From: Williopsis jadinii
Lineage: Eukaryota
Direction of reading: 5' to 3'
NCBI GenBank assembly: GCA_024346625.1
Contig: AP024664.1
Location: forward strand, 1,116,001-1,180,000
DNA length: 64,000 nucleotides
Notes under the pieces: generated by a model
The model's database searches: none
Told to the model about the DNA's origin: nothing
What the model saw: only the letters and a program-made list of their open reading frames with translations
Shown here: piece after piece, positions 21,090-31,517 of the stretch
Layout of the letters: the number at the start of each line of letters is the position of its first letter
Numbering within the stretch: position 1 is the first letter of the stretch
Translations under genes and position numbers: made by a program

Positions 21090-24000
21090 ATGTCGTGGTT
21101 CTCCCGCCTGCGACAGAGGCCAAACACGAGGAGATTCCTCTCCGCCCAGACACTATCAACACTGCACGTGAAGAAGACCATTGGCTGGAAGCTGAGAGAC
21201 GCAGCTGGCGCCGTTGAGGAGAAGGTAGGCCCGTACGTCAAGAAGGTCATCCCGTCCTTTGTCGCTGCACACTATGTCTACATCATCTCGATGGTGATAC
21301 TGAGCTCGATAGTGCTGTATCCTGTTAAGAACGCCCCCTACATTGACATTCTCTTCTTTGCAAGCGGGTCGTCGACCCAGGCCGGGTTGAATACCATCGA
21401 CCTCAACAATATGAAGCTGTACCAACAGATTACCATCTATATCGTTTGTATGCTAACAACGCCCATTTTCATCCATGGATCGCTCTGTGTGCTGCGTCTA
21501 TACTGGTTTGAACGGTATTTCGATAACATCAGGGTCAAATCCAAGCTGAACTTCCAAATGAGAAGAACCGCAACTTTAGCTGCCAGAACCCAAACAATGG
21601 ACAGATTTCGCAGTATGGATTCAACGGTGCCTTTTACAAACCGGCAGAAGGAGGACCTTCACAAGATTGTGGACTCTTCGTCATCATCAGATATCGCACC
21701 AATGGATCCCACTGCCTTCACACAATCTGCTATGGATCTACATAGAGACGCACAGGTGACCCACGAATCTGAACCTTCTTCATCTGATGAAGAAAGGGTA
21801 TCGCCAGAGGATAGACAGGTCAAATACTCCAAATCTGATGACGATGGCAATGATAATAACGGTATTAGATCTGGAATCAATAACATCAAGTTTGGGTCCC
21901 TTCCGAAGCCTAAAAGAGAGCAGTTCGAACCAACGGATGTTATGATGTCCATCAAAATGATGAGAGACAAACCACAAGAAGATGACGATGAAGATGATGA
22001 GAATGGTCCTGTATTGGTGGTTAAAGGTCCTGCTGAGAGGGAAAGCTCAAAGCATAACAGAACTAACTCTCAGGTGCAGTTTTCTTTACAAAAGCCTAAG
22101 AAGATGAGAAAAAGGTCTGGTCTGAGAAGAAGTTTCACTAATCGTAACTCTATCTCGGAGTCTGCAGACACAAGTGATGCTGAGAGCCAAAGAAACTTTT
22201 TACAAAGAGCCCAATCACATCTCCAATTACCATCATCTGATTTGAGTGGAGGTGCTAAGTTTGTTAAGAGATCAAACACCTTGGACCCAAGTAACGATGA
22301 AGAAGCTCAGATGGGATTCACACCAGCATTTGATCGGATAAAGAACAAGCTTCCGAGAGGCTTGAGGAGAAGACTTTCTTCAAACACATTTGACAATACA
22401 TCTCAAGTCCTAGACACGTCTGCATCTGATACAGAAGAAGATGACGAGGAAGATGATTCGGACAACAATTCAGACCATGCTCTGAGGAGACAAATGTCTG
22501 CTCCGTATCTCTCGTGGGCCCCAACAGTTGGCAGAAACTCAACCTTTGTTAATCTTTCTCAGCAGCAGAAGGAGGAACTTGGTGGTGTTGAATACAGGGC
22601 TACAAAACTCCTCATTAAAATCATTTCAGTTTACTACGTGGGGTTTCACATTCTTGGCTTTATCTTTTTGGTTCCTTGGATTTTACACACACCTAGATAT
22701 CAGACCCCAGTAAGGGAATCTGGAACTTCTTTAACGTGGTGGGGATTCTTCACGAGTATGTCAGCATTCAATGATTTGGGTTTTACCCTTACTCCAAACT
22801 CTATGGGATCTTTCAACACTTCACCATATGCCTTACTTATTACATCATTTTTCATCGTCATTGGTAACACAGGGTTCCCTATTCTTCTGAGATTCATTAT
22901 ATGGGTGATGTTTAAATTCTCTGAAGACCTGTCTCAAACTAAGGAGTCGTTGGGTTTTTTACTCGACCATCCACGTCGTTGTTTTACATTGTTGTTTCCG
23001 AGTGGACCAACCTGGTGGTTATTCTTCATTCTTGTTCTTCTTAACGCTGTGGATCTTATCCTCTTCATTATTCTGGATATCAATGCTGAGGTTGTGGAGG
23101 AGCTAACTACGGGTCAAAAGGTTCTTGATGGATTTTTCCAAGCCATTAGTACCAGAACTGCTGGTTTCACTTGTATTGACCTTTCAAGCCTCCATCCTGC
23201 TGTTCAAGTCAGCTATATGGTGATGATGTATATATCCGTTATGCCATTGGCTATCTCTATTAGAAGAACTAACGTTTATGAGGAACAATCCCTTGGTGTC
23301 TATGGTAAACAAACGGAGGAGGATGGTGATGAAAGAAAAGCCACCTCATTTATTGGTGCGCATTTGAGAAAGCAGTTGTCTTTTGACTTGTGGTTTGTGT
23401 TTCTAGGTTTATTTATCATTTGTATCGCTGAAGGTGGAAAGATTCAAAACCCTTTAGAGCCTTCTTTCAACATCTTTTCGTGTATGTTTGAAGTTGTGTC
23501 AGCATATGGTACAGTGGGACTCTCGTTAGGATACCCAGGGACAAACCAGTCATTCTCAGGAAAGTTCGATACCATTTCAAAACTTGTTATAATCGCAATG
23601 ATGATAAGAGGTCGTCACAGAGGTTTACCTTATGCTCTTGATCGTGCTATTATGCTTCCATCTGCGCAAATGGAGGCCAGAGACAGATACCAAGATTTAC
23701 ACGCTGGCCATACTATTCAACGTTCAGAAACGATGGGCTCAAGTACAGATCCTGTGATAGAATTCCTCAAAGGAGCAGCACCAACTTTCATGAGGAAGAA
23801 CATGAAGGTTCCAAAGCTGTTCACTTCAAAGTCCCAACCTAGTGTTGTCCCAAGTCGTCATGCCTCCACATCAGAACTCCCTCCTCAATCTCCTGGAAGA
23901 CGGTCTACAGAATCCATGCCAAGAAGAGGTAGTGAATCGTACTTCAAAAACATCCACTTTGGCCACAGCTCTGAGCAGTACTTTGATAAAGACATTAATC

Positions 24001-24224
24001 TGTCACCAGTTAACACAAATCAAAACGTTCCACAAGTCGAATTACAAAACATGGAGACTAGTAACAATGGTGAACAGTCCATTGCTTCTTCAAGGACTGA
24101 TGATGATGAGTCTATTGCCTTAAGGCTGGATTCTCCGGCTCATGATCTCCATGTTTCAGAAACCGCAATAACATCTCCAGTAACTGACGAGGTTGACAGG
24201 AGGGGCTCTATTTATACCCTATGA
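21090..24224 (+). CDS. TRK1: Trk-family potassium transporter
   Basis: ATG at 21090; pore motifs 'TQAGLN', 'SAFNDLGFTL', 'STRTAGF', 'SAYGTVGLSLG' and 'RGRHRGLP'; near URA2 as in YJL129C/YJL130C. Confidence 0.95.
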   Translation: MSWFSRLRQRPNTRRFLSAQTLSTLHVKKTIGWKLRDAAGAVEEKVGPYVKKVIPSFVAAHYVYIISMVILSSIVLYPVKNAPYIDILFFASGSSTQAGLNTIDLNNMKLYQQITIYIVCMLTTPIFIHGSLCVLRLYWFERYFDNIRVKSKLNFQMRRTATLAARTQTMDRFRSMDSTVPFTNRQKEDLHKIVDSSSSSDIAPMDPTAFTQSAMDLHRDAQVTHESEPSSSDEERVSPEDRQVKYSKSDDDGNDNNGIRSGINNIKFGSLPKPKREQFEPTDVMMSIKMMRDKPQEDDDEDDENGPVLVVKGPAERESSKHNRTNSQVQFSLQKPKKMRKRSGLRRSFTNRNSISESADTSDAESQRNFLQRAQSHLQLPSSDLSGGAKFVKRSNTLDPSNDEEAQMGFTPAFDRIKNKLPRGLRRRLSSNTFDNTSQVLDTSASDTEEDDEEDDSDNNSDHALRRQMSAPYLSWAPTVGRNSTFVNLSQQQKEELGGVEYRATKLLIKIISVYYVGFHILGFIFLVPWILHTPRYQTPVRESGTSLTWWGFFTSMSAFNDLGFTLTPNSMGSFNTSPYALLITSFFIVIGNTGFPILLRFIIWVMFKFSEDLSQTKESLGFLLDHPRRCFTLLFPSGPTWWLFFILVLLNAVDLILFIILDINAEVVEELTTGQKVLDGFFQAISTRTAGFTCIDLSSLHPAVQVSYMVMMYISVMPLAISIRRTNVYEEQSLGVYGKQTEEDGDERKATSFIGAHLRKQLSFDLWFVFLGLFIICIAEGGKIQNPLEPSFNIFSCMFEVVSAYGTVGLSLGYPGTNQSFSGKFDTISKLVIIAMMIRGRHRGLPYALDRAIMLPSAQMEARDRYQDLHAGHTIQRSETMGSSTDPVIEFLKGAAPTFMRKNMKVPKLFTSKSQPSVVPSRHASTSELPPQSPGRRSTESMPRRGSESYFKNIHFGHSSEQYFDKDINLSPVNTNQNVPQVELQNMETSNNGEQSIASSRTDDDESIALRLDSPAHDLHVSETAITSPVTDEVDRRGSIYTL

Positions 24225-24330
24225 AGGTTTTGTATTTCTCTTTGTTTGTTTGTTTGTTTGTTTTTTGATTGTTCATACTCTTTTTCTAACTATTATATAT
24301 AGAGGATAGGAATCCCTCAATTGGAGTTTT

Positions 24331-26631
24331 TCATGCTATACTATGCTTAGGTGCCAGAACATGTCCACCAACTTCTTGTAACCACGACAGCTCAATTGCA
24401 CTCACATTACGTGCGTAACCCTTTGTCGTATAAACGAAGTCTGTATACATGATTGCATCATTCTTTTTACCAAACATCAGAGAAGATGGATGAACAGAAA
24501 TAAGTTGACCTGATGTCGTTGTTCTATAAGATCTATCAGGCATACCAATTGCCGTATTTGACACATACCCTGAGAGGAACGCCTTCAATACTGATGGAAT
24601 ATCCAATGGTTTCTTCTCCTTCTCCTCATCAAATAGGTGCTTGTCCTTTGTGAGAGACACCATGTATTGTCTGATCTGGTTTCTCACCCTCATGACATTT
24701 TTGAAGCCTCTATGAGATAGAGCGAGGTCATGACACCATTGCTTTCTCTCTTGGGAGTTATCAAACTGTAAGTAGAAATCTAGGAGCTCTTTCAGCATCA
24801 AAAGATCACCGTATTTGGCTCCTAGTATACATAAGCTTCTTCTCTTTTCATTGACCTCGTCACGGGTTTCACTTGATGGGTTCAGGATTAAATTATCGAC
24901 AGAAAGACATGAAACAATATCAACTGCATCTGATAGGCAGCCCGATTTATGAGCCGTGAGTAGGATGGCCGACAGCTGGGGTTCTAACGGTAAGATAGCC
25001 ATCTGCTCGCCTAGCTCTGTGATCTTTCCGTTATCATCAAGAGCTTTTAACTCATGTAATTGGGTTAATGCAGAAATCAAAGAGTCTTGACCTGGGTTTT
25101 GTAGCCAAGACCAATTTAGAATATCATCAACACCAGCTCTTTTCAACATCAAAACTGGAGAAACAACATTAGATCTTGCGATTTCCGGTTCTGTCATTGC
25201 AGGAAGTTTCATGAAATCATCCTCGGTATAGAGTCTAAACGTTTTCCCTTCTGCTTCACGACCTGCTCTACCAGCTCTCTGAGTTGCTGAGGCCTTTGAT
25301 ACTGGAGCTGTTAACAATGTCGAAAGTCCCAGTTGATGTCTCCAAACTTTGACCTTTCGTAAACCTGTGTCTATAACGTATCTCACACCAGGAACCGTAA
25401 CAGAAGTTTCTGCGATGTTGGTTGCCAGAATTACTTTACGTCTTCTAGCTTTCAAAGGTAAGAAGACCTTCGCCTGGTCTGCTGGTGGCAACGATGCATA
25501 AAGAGGTAACGGAACAATTAGTGGTGCCTCTTTTGGTAGCTCGGGTGCCAATCTTTCTAAGAGAGAGACACACTTGTCGATTTCTTCTTGACCTGGGAGA
25601 AACACAAGAATGTCACCTTCAAGCTCACCATTATTCACTTGGATGATTGTCTTTATTGTGGAGTCAACAACGTCGTCAACAGATTTCTCTAGATACAATT
25701 TATCCACTTTAAACATACGACCTTCAACAAAGAGAATATCAGCATTATCAAAGAATTTCGAGAATCTCTCTGCATCTAGTGTAGCAGACATGATGATTAC
25801 TTTCAAGTCTTTTCGCTTTTGCAGTAGCTCTTTCAAAAACCCCATCATGAGATCTGTAAGCACTGTTCTCTCATGAGCTTCGTCAATTATCACTGTCGAG
25901 TACTGGCTCAATGATGAGTCTGTCATGATTTCTCTTAAGATCATACCATCTGTGAGGTACTTAATCTTTGTACCGTACTTGGCCTTATGGTCGAATCTCA
26001 CAGAGTAGCCCACCTTGTCACCTAACGTTGTGCCCACTTCCTCTGCGACTCTTGTTGCCAAACTAATGGCAGCAACACGACGAGGTTGTGTAACTGCGAT
26101 GGACTTCTTATTCAATGGCATCAAAAACTGTGGAATTTGGGTAGACTTACCAGAACCAGTTTCACCGATGAGTACAGTGACTCTGGTGTTGGCCAATCTT
26201 TCCAGCAGCTCATCCTTGGCTTTGTAAACAGGCAATGTCTTTCTAACTTCTAGAAGCTCTCTTGACTTTGCCTTCTGCTGGTCAAATGACAAAGCCTTCG
26301 AGCTTCTTTGCTGTTCCTCTTCATCATCACTGAAAAAGGTAACAGTCTTTGCGTCTGCAGCATGGCTCTTCTTTACTTTCTGCTTCTTCTTGCTAGCAGT
26401 CTGTGCCCATCTGGGAGCTGAACTCACCACTGCAGCTGATCCGTCACTTGGTTGAGTTCCATGAGCTTCGGCATCTTGGTCTTGCGGTTCAGCGTTATGA
26501 GACCTTGGTCTTTTCATGTATGCACCTTTACCATGATCAACATTATTCCCATTGGACTTGTTCTCGCTGATAATCTGCGATTCATCATCATCAAACTTCC
26601 TATGAAGTTTCTGATTGTTGTTCCTCCTCAT
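24331..26631 (-). CDS. DHR2: DEAH-box RNA helicase for 18S rRNA biogenesis
   Basis: 'GETGSGKSTQIPQ', 'DEAHER', 'SAT', 'QRAGRAGR' and 'KVKVWRHQLGLSTLL' (typical of Dhr2); PAC/RRPE motifs in the promoter. Confidence 0.9.
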   Translation of the reverse strand: MRRNNNQKLHRKFDDDESQIISENKSNGNNVDHGKGAYMKRPRSHNAEPQDQDAEAHGTQPSDGSAAVVSSAPRWAQTASKKKQKVKKSHAADAKTVTFFSDDEEEQQRSSKALSFDQQKAKSRELLEVRKTLPVYKAKDELLERLANTRVTVLIGETGSGKSTQIPQFLMPLNKKSIAVTQPRRVAAISLATRVAEEVGTTLGDKVGYSVRFDHKAKYGTKIKYLTDGMILREIMTDSSLSQYSTVIIDEAHERTVLTDLMMGFLKELLQKRKDLKVIIMSATLDAERFSKFFDNADILFVEGRMFKVDKLYLEKSVDDVVDSTIKTIIQVNNGELEGDILVFLPGQEEIDKCVSLLERLAPELPKEAPLIVPLPLYASLPPADQAKVFLPLKARRRKVILATNIAETSVTVPGVRYVIDTGLRKVKVWRHQLGLSTLLTAPVSKASATQRAGRAGREAEGKTFRLYTEDDFMKLPAMTEPEIARSNVVSPVLMLKRAGVDDILNWSWLQNPGQDSLISALTQLHELKALDDNGKITELGEQMAILPLEPQLSAILLTAHKSGCLSDAVDIVSCLSVDNLILNPSSETRDEVNEKRRSLCILGAKYGDLLMLKELLDFYLQFDNSQERKQWCHDLALSHRGFKNVMRVRNQIRQYMVSLTKDKHLFDEEKEKKPLDIPSVLKAFLSGYVSNTAIGMPDRSYRTTTSGQLISVHPSSLMFGKKNDAIMYTDFVYTTKGYARNVSAIELSWLQEVGGHVLAPKHSIA

Positions 26632-26722
26632 CTCTTACACACCCTGGCTCCAGAAGCACTTAGATCAGACTAAGAGAACGCAGTAGAGGCTCTAGAGAAC
26701 TCTTGCAAAGCACACGTATAAA

Positions 26723-26750
26723 GCTCATCTCGAGAAGCCGTGGAAAATTT
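26723..26750. promoter_or_regulatory. PAC (GCTCATC) plus RRPE-like (TGGAAAATTT) ribosome-biogenesis elements for DHR2
   Basis: Motifs lie about 90-120 nt upstream of the DHR2 ATG. Confidence 0.6.
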
Positions 26751-26883
26751 ATCGAGAAGAGGTGAGAACCCGCGAATATTTCCCGATACAGTTTGACACA
26801 AACTTCAACAGACCTCGTCGCACTGTCTCAGCTTTCAACATCGACGTCTGATTTCGTGAGGCCCAGCGTTATCTTTGGTGTAT

Positions 26884-26951
26884 GTTGCTGTTTGCTGTTT
26901 GTTGCTGTTTGTTGTTTGTTGCTGTTTGCTGTTTGTTCTTTGCTTTGTTGC
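26884..26951. repeat. Degenerate (TTTGCTG/TTTGTTG)n low-complexity repeat
   Basis: gttgctgtttgctgtttgttgctgtttgttgtttgttgctgtttgctgtttgtt... Confidence 0.75.
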
Positions 26952-27591
26952 AGTTTCATTGGGTTCTCTCTGTGTGTTTTTAGTGGTTTGGATACCGTCA
27001 AAGCGTTTGGCATTTGGAGGGTTCCAATTGGTGCTTGATAATACAGTATTCTTGTGTGTTGAATGTGAAATGCTATGGTATGAATTAATGGCTATTAATA
27101 ACTCTGTAGGTGTTCTTTGTTGGTGTGTATGAGTATGCGGTGTGGTTCTTGGACTGGTTAATACTCACTTTTATTTGCCTGTGTTTTTAATTTCAAACTA
27201 ACGGGTGTATGTTATATTAATGAGAAAATACCAAAATTAAAATCTCAAATAATGATGATTCTATACAAAATTCGTTCAAAACACCTATAAACCAATATAT
27301 TTAACGTATTCACGCCACACAGACGACCAAACGGGTAAAATTCATCATACCAGAGGGATATTATAAGCACCGGTATACTTGTGGGTGTCTGGATGTTCAC
27401 GAGCCTACGCTACAGCCGATGTTCATATTGGTGGTGATAACACGCACACAGGAAAGAAGCTGGAACCGTGTTCCACCAACCTTACAGGAGTAAGCCACTC
27501 AGCTGGCTGGCATATATCACGCTCCTTCTTCACACTCCAAGCACTGGCGTGTCACTGTAATCGTATACCCACCGGCCCCCCTACGCCAGCT

Positions 27592-27637
27592 GGATGTCCG
27601 GGTGTAGGTATGTCCGGATGTAGGGATGTCCGGGTGT
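27592..27637 (-). promoter_or_regulatory. Three tandem 16-bp units, each resembling a Rap1 site (ACACCCGGACATCC on the - strand)
   Basis: GGATGTCCGGGTGTAG / GTATGTCCGGATGTAG / GGATGTCCGGGTGT; resembles the Rap1 consensus ACACCCRYACAY. Confidence 0.5.
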
Positions 27638-28037
27638 GTGCCAAAAATAGAGCAACACAGAGCCACGTCGGAAGGCTTTTTCAACCGGTTTCAACGTTGC
27701 TTCACGTCAAGTGGAGGCTGATTCTTTGTTACCAACCGGCACAATCCATTCTCAGTTCATCGCAAAATTCATAAGCAGGGTTTGGAAGGCACTGCCTGCA
27801 ACTGTGAGAGAACTCCAGCCTAACGTGCAAAACCGTTGAAATTTAAGAGTTTTCCCGTGCCTGAAAGGAATTTTGGACGTGCATCTAAATTCTTCGTTTG
27901 TTTTCATTTCGCCTAATCCAATCTTTGCTCCTTTTCAGCAGTCTCATCGCAACAGAAGATACACTAGAACACGGTTGTTGAGGTGATACAAGGCCTGGCT
28001 TGACGTGTGTGACGAGGAGCGTAGGAGACATATCGCC

Positions 28038-30002
28038 ATGGCATTCAGGGTGCGTCCAGCGACCACCATAGCTGTCATACTTGCAATATCGTTGGCGTTC
28101 CAGATCATCGCCTTGGTATCGGTACCAGTGACGGATACAATATGGCTCAGCGAGTCAGGGGGAATCAAATTCGGAGTGTTTGGGATGTGTACCGACTCAG
28201 GATGCTCGTCTGCTGGTATTGGATATAGTACTGATACCATCCAGGATGTTGATAGCTTCTCACTGCCGTCGAATGCGAGACATTCAGTCTCGAAACTGCT
28301 AGTGGTACATCCTATAGCTGCAGGGTTCACATTCATTCTTTTTGTCTTTGCCATAGCACTCCATTGGCATGGACCGGCTTCTTCACTCAAGCTGTTGTTC
28401 TTTGTACTGATATGGTCGATTCCGTGCTTCTTGCTAACGCTGCTTTCCTTCCTTGTTGATCTTTTGCTATTTGTACCGCATTTGAACTGGGCTGGCTGGC
28501 TCATACTCGCTGCAACTGTGCTAATTGCAATATCCAGTATTCTGATCTGTTTGCTGAGAAGAACAGCATCTTCTAGGAGATCGGCCTCTAAGTATAACAA
28601 CGTGAATAGCGGTGCTGAGTACCAACTTGCTCCTTTGAAATATGGCTACGGAACTGTTGACGGTGGATCAGCCTACAAGTTCAGCACCTCATCGAACCAG
28701 AACGATGATGACGATGACGAAAGAGCCCTCTTCCTGAAGAACGACGTTTCCACGAATTACGACAATACGAGAAACTACGACGACTTGGATGATGTTGCAC
28801 AGACTGAGATTTACGATACTATGAGAGGGAACGCTCAGAGTGCAACGAGTAACAACACTTACAGATCAAATGACATTCTTGCACCTCTGGAAACTGCTTA
28901 TAAAGGTGGTTATGACTCTCCCCTACAGGCTCACGTGAACGACTCCCTGATTATGAATCAGTCAAGTAGTACAGGGCCAGTGACGGCACCTTATCCTTCA
29001 GGAATACCAGCAGTTGAGTTCTCTGAACTTCCATCAGCTCAAAGGGCTCCTTACCCACAAGATGATCTATTCACAACAACATCATCAACAACGAGGTTGA
29101 CTGGTCCAAGGCCAATGCCGTCGTCGACTTCACCTCCAAATATAACAACACAGATAACCACGGCGACCCCACCGGCTCCTTCAGAATTGCAGCAGAGATC
29201 AACTACATATGGTGGACCAGGCTGGACATTTGAAGAAAGCGACCCAGCGGAGCCAACTGCTCCTCCCCTTGTCGTCAATGGTTCTGAATCGCAGAAAGAT
29301 CTTTTGGCACCATTGCCAGATGTCACTAGGGAACCAACGTATAGAACAAGAATCGCTCAGACGTTAAACGCACTTCAACCAGAAGATACATATTCGACGG
29401 ATAGTTTAGGAGGAACTTCGGAAGACCTTCTGGGGAGACATAAGGACGATGAATTCTCTGATGGTGAAGAACAAGAGGTTGTCAAGTCTCAACACCCATT
29501 GGCTCTACAGATTGCGGATGATTCCTCATCCACATACTCTTCAAGAATTCCTTCAAATAACCCAACACCAACAAATACGGGCTTCCCACGTCGTCAACTA
29601 TCTCTTCTACAAAGATCTCGTATCCCAGAGAATGCATCTGCCGGTGTGGCTGAGGGACATTTCCCATCAACGTTCTATTCTCCTTCTGTTGACTCACCTT
29701 CGGAGTATTCATATGATAACTATCCATTGCCTGATCCAAATGATCGTCGCTCAACACCGGCACCTTCATTCACCAATGAGTCACTGGGCTCCTCAAATTT
29801 CACCTCAGTTTCACAGCGTGGTATCAATCCGGAGTACCTGAAGCTACATCCAGAAGAATTACAGAGACAGATGTTTGGACGTGCTAAGAGCATTCAGGAT
29901 CAGAACCAAAAATCTACAACAGCAGACCTTTTGATAGCTTCAAATCCAGATTTTTCAGTTACTGGTTCACCAAAGAAAAAGAAGATCAACAGAAACTTTT
30001 GA
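28038..30002 (+). CDS. RIM9: PalI/Rim9 (Sur7 superfamily) membrane protein with a long cytoplasmic tail
   Basis: ATG at 28038; 'FGVFGMC...CSSAGIGY', 'SLPSNARHSVSKLLVVHPIAAG', 'FLVDLLLFVPHLNWAGW'. Adjacent to AEP1 like YMR063W/YMR064W, but the tail resembles Tos7/YOL019W, so the symbol is tentative. Confidence 0.7.
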   Translation: MAFRVRPATTIAVILAISLAFQIIALVSVPVTDTIWLSESGGIKFGVFGMCTDSGCSSAGIGYSTDTIQDVDSFSLPSNARHSVSKLLVVHPIAAGFTFILFVFAIALHWHGPASSLKLLFFVLIWSIPCFLLTLLSFLVDLLLFVPHLNWAGWLILAATVLIAISSILICLLRRTASSRRSASKYNNVNSGAEYQLAPLKYGYGTVDGGSAYKFSTSSNQNDDDDDERALFLKNDVSTNYDNTRNYDDLDDVAQTEIYDTMRGNAQSATSNNTYRSNDILAPLETAYKGGYDSPLQAHVNDSLIMNQSSSTGPVTAPYPSGIPAVEFSELPSAQRAPYPQDDLFTTTSSTTRLTGPRPMPSSTSPPNITTQITTATPPAPSELQQRSTTYGGPGWTFEESDPAEPTAPPLVVNGSESQKDLLAPLPDVTREPTYRTRIAQTLNALQPEDTYSTDSLGGTSEDLLGRHKDDEFSDGEEQEVVKSQHPLALQIADDSSSTYSSRIPSNNPTPTNTGFPRRQLSLLQRSRIPENASAGVAEGHFPSTFYSPSVDSPSEYSYDNYPLPDPNDRRSTPAPSFTNESLGSSNFTSVSQRGINPEYLKLHPEELQRQMFGRAKSIQDQNQKSTTADLLIASNPDFSVTGSPKKKKINRNF

Positions 30003-30062
30003 TTTCAGTATTTATGACGGTTATGTACAGAGTAATATCGGTTCTTTGCAATATTCATGTGT

Positions 30063-31517
30063 TCAAATCTCCTCTAATGCCTTGATAAAATCACGTCTAG
30101 ATTGTAAATCACGACCAGGGAAAGAGTTCTCAACCACGTCAATGTTCTTCATTTTGTATGAATTGACCTTTTTCTTCAAGCTTTCTACCTCCGTGGGTGT
30201 CAATTCAACTTGTGATAACAGTTGTCTCGGTAATATGAACAATCCACAGTTAACTTGATCAAATAAGATCAGCTTCTTGGTGTCTATGGATATGTTTTCA
30301 ATGTGGGTTTGTAGGCGATGAATGATGGACATTTTTAAACTGGCATCTGATAATCTCACTGATTTTGAGGCGAACAACTTCTTAGCGACAGTGGCTTCCA
30401 GTTCTTGGAACACTTGGGGTATTTCACTTGGAGATGTTGATTCAACAAGATCTAATACGCTTGAAATCTCGTCGGGGTGTTCACAAAGCAGCAGAAGGTT
30501 GCGAGCACTATCTGTTGAAAGAGTTGAGAAGATGACACTCTGTAGTCCTTGTAGGAGCACCAAAGACTTGACATTGCTCTTCTTTTCATGGTAGTTCACC
30601 TTTTTAGCTAAAAGTGCTAGGTAGTTTGCCATGGTTTCTCTAGGTGGTGCATACCCACAGCTTTGCAATTCTGTCAATATATTAAACGATAACTCAGGTT
30701 CCTTGGATGAGATCAAATTGTTCAAGTAGAGGGTCTTGAGCTCCAGATCATCCTCGACGATTGGATAATTGGTTGAAAGGCTTCTGTACACCAATTGAGT
30801 TAGTTGCAACAATGAGTTTCTGGATTTCACCAACGATTCAAGTCTTGGTAGAAGACTCTTTGCAATATCCGCCGCAATTGTTGCATTGTCCACATGCACC
30901 ATATAGTCCACTGCTGTCCGAGTTATATCATCAATATTTCCCGGAAGCGAATGCTGTTCAATGACAAGTCTCAACTTGAGATCATTAGTGAAAAGGTGAT
31001 TGGAGGAGTTGGTAATCTTAGTATCGAGCAGAGTAGATAGTGTCTCCTTATTTAGATCCCCCAACTCCGTCTCAACTTGGAGAATAACCTGCTCATCATA
31101 TAGTAAGGGCTCAGCTGGCGACACTTCTATAACCTCTAGGTCGTAGAGCTCATCTGCATGGGAGTCAAGGAAACGTAGAAGGTCCTTATGCGTGCTGAAC
31201 ACGGCTTCGTTTGAGAAGACTTCTTCACCATTGGTCAGCGTTGCCTTATGGAGCACTGGGGTTTTCAGTTTCTTCTTTAAGAAACTGAGCAGTTTCGTCG
31301 TCTCCGACAATTGCAGGAAAGGATGAACTGGAACCCTCGTGGACTGTATTATGGTGGGCTCATTATGTGTCAGCTCATCGTTGTTCAACATCTTGATCGA
31401 TGACGACGCCACCACAGTGGGCCCCTGGTACTTAGTACTGTTGCTCATGAAATCCAAGCTCTTTGTAGCTCTAACAACATGCTGCTGGGTACTCTTGACA
31501 ACGTCTTTAAGCGTCAT
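30063..31517 (-). CDS. AEP1: Probable Aep1, mitochondrial ATP9 translation factor (PPR-like)
   Basis: 'VHPFLQ', 'ILTELQSCGYAPPRETMANYL' and 'LLCEHPDEISSVLDLV' resemble recalled Aep1 'IHPFYQ', '[20 protein letters not shown]' and 'PMCRHFDELCSLLNII'; next to a RIM9-family gene. Confidence 0.6.
   Translation of the reverse strand: MTLKDVVKSTQQHVVRATKSLDFMSNSTKYQGPTVVASSSIKMLNNDELTHNEPTIIQSTRVPVHPFLQLSETTKLLSFLKKKLKTPVLHKATLTNGEEVFSNEAVFSTHKDLLRFLDSHADELYDLEVIEVSPAEPLLYDEQVILQVETELGDLNKETLSTLLDTKITNSSNHLFTNDLKLRLVIEQHSLPGNIDDITRTAVDYMVHVDNATIAADIAKSLLPRLESLVKSRNSLLQLTQLVYRSLSTNYPIVEDDLELKTLYLNNLISSKEPELSFNILTELQSCGYAPPRETMANYLALLAKKVNYHEKKSNVKSLVLLQGLQSVIFSTLSTDSARNLLLLCEHPDEISSVLDLVESTSPSEIPQVFQELEATVAKKLFASKSVRLSDASLKMSIIHRLQTHIENISIDTKKLILFDQVNCGLFILPRQLLSQVELTPTEVESLKKKVNSYKMKNIDVVENSFPGRDLQSRRDFIKALEEI

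Noticed and set aside
26793..27132. Cys-rich hydrophobic ORFs
   Set aside because: Products of the TTTG(C/T)TG low-complexity repeat.
27250..27350. Box C/D snoRNA suggested by ATGATGA motifs on both strands
   Set aside because: No CTGA box D at a suitable distance and no rRNA guide recognised.
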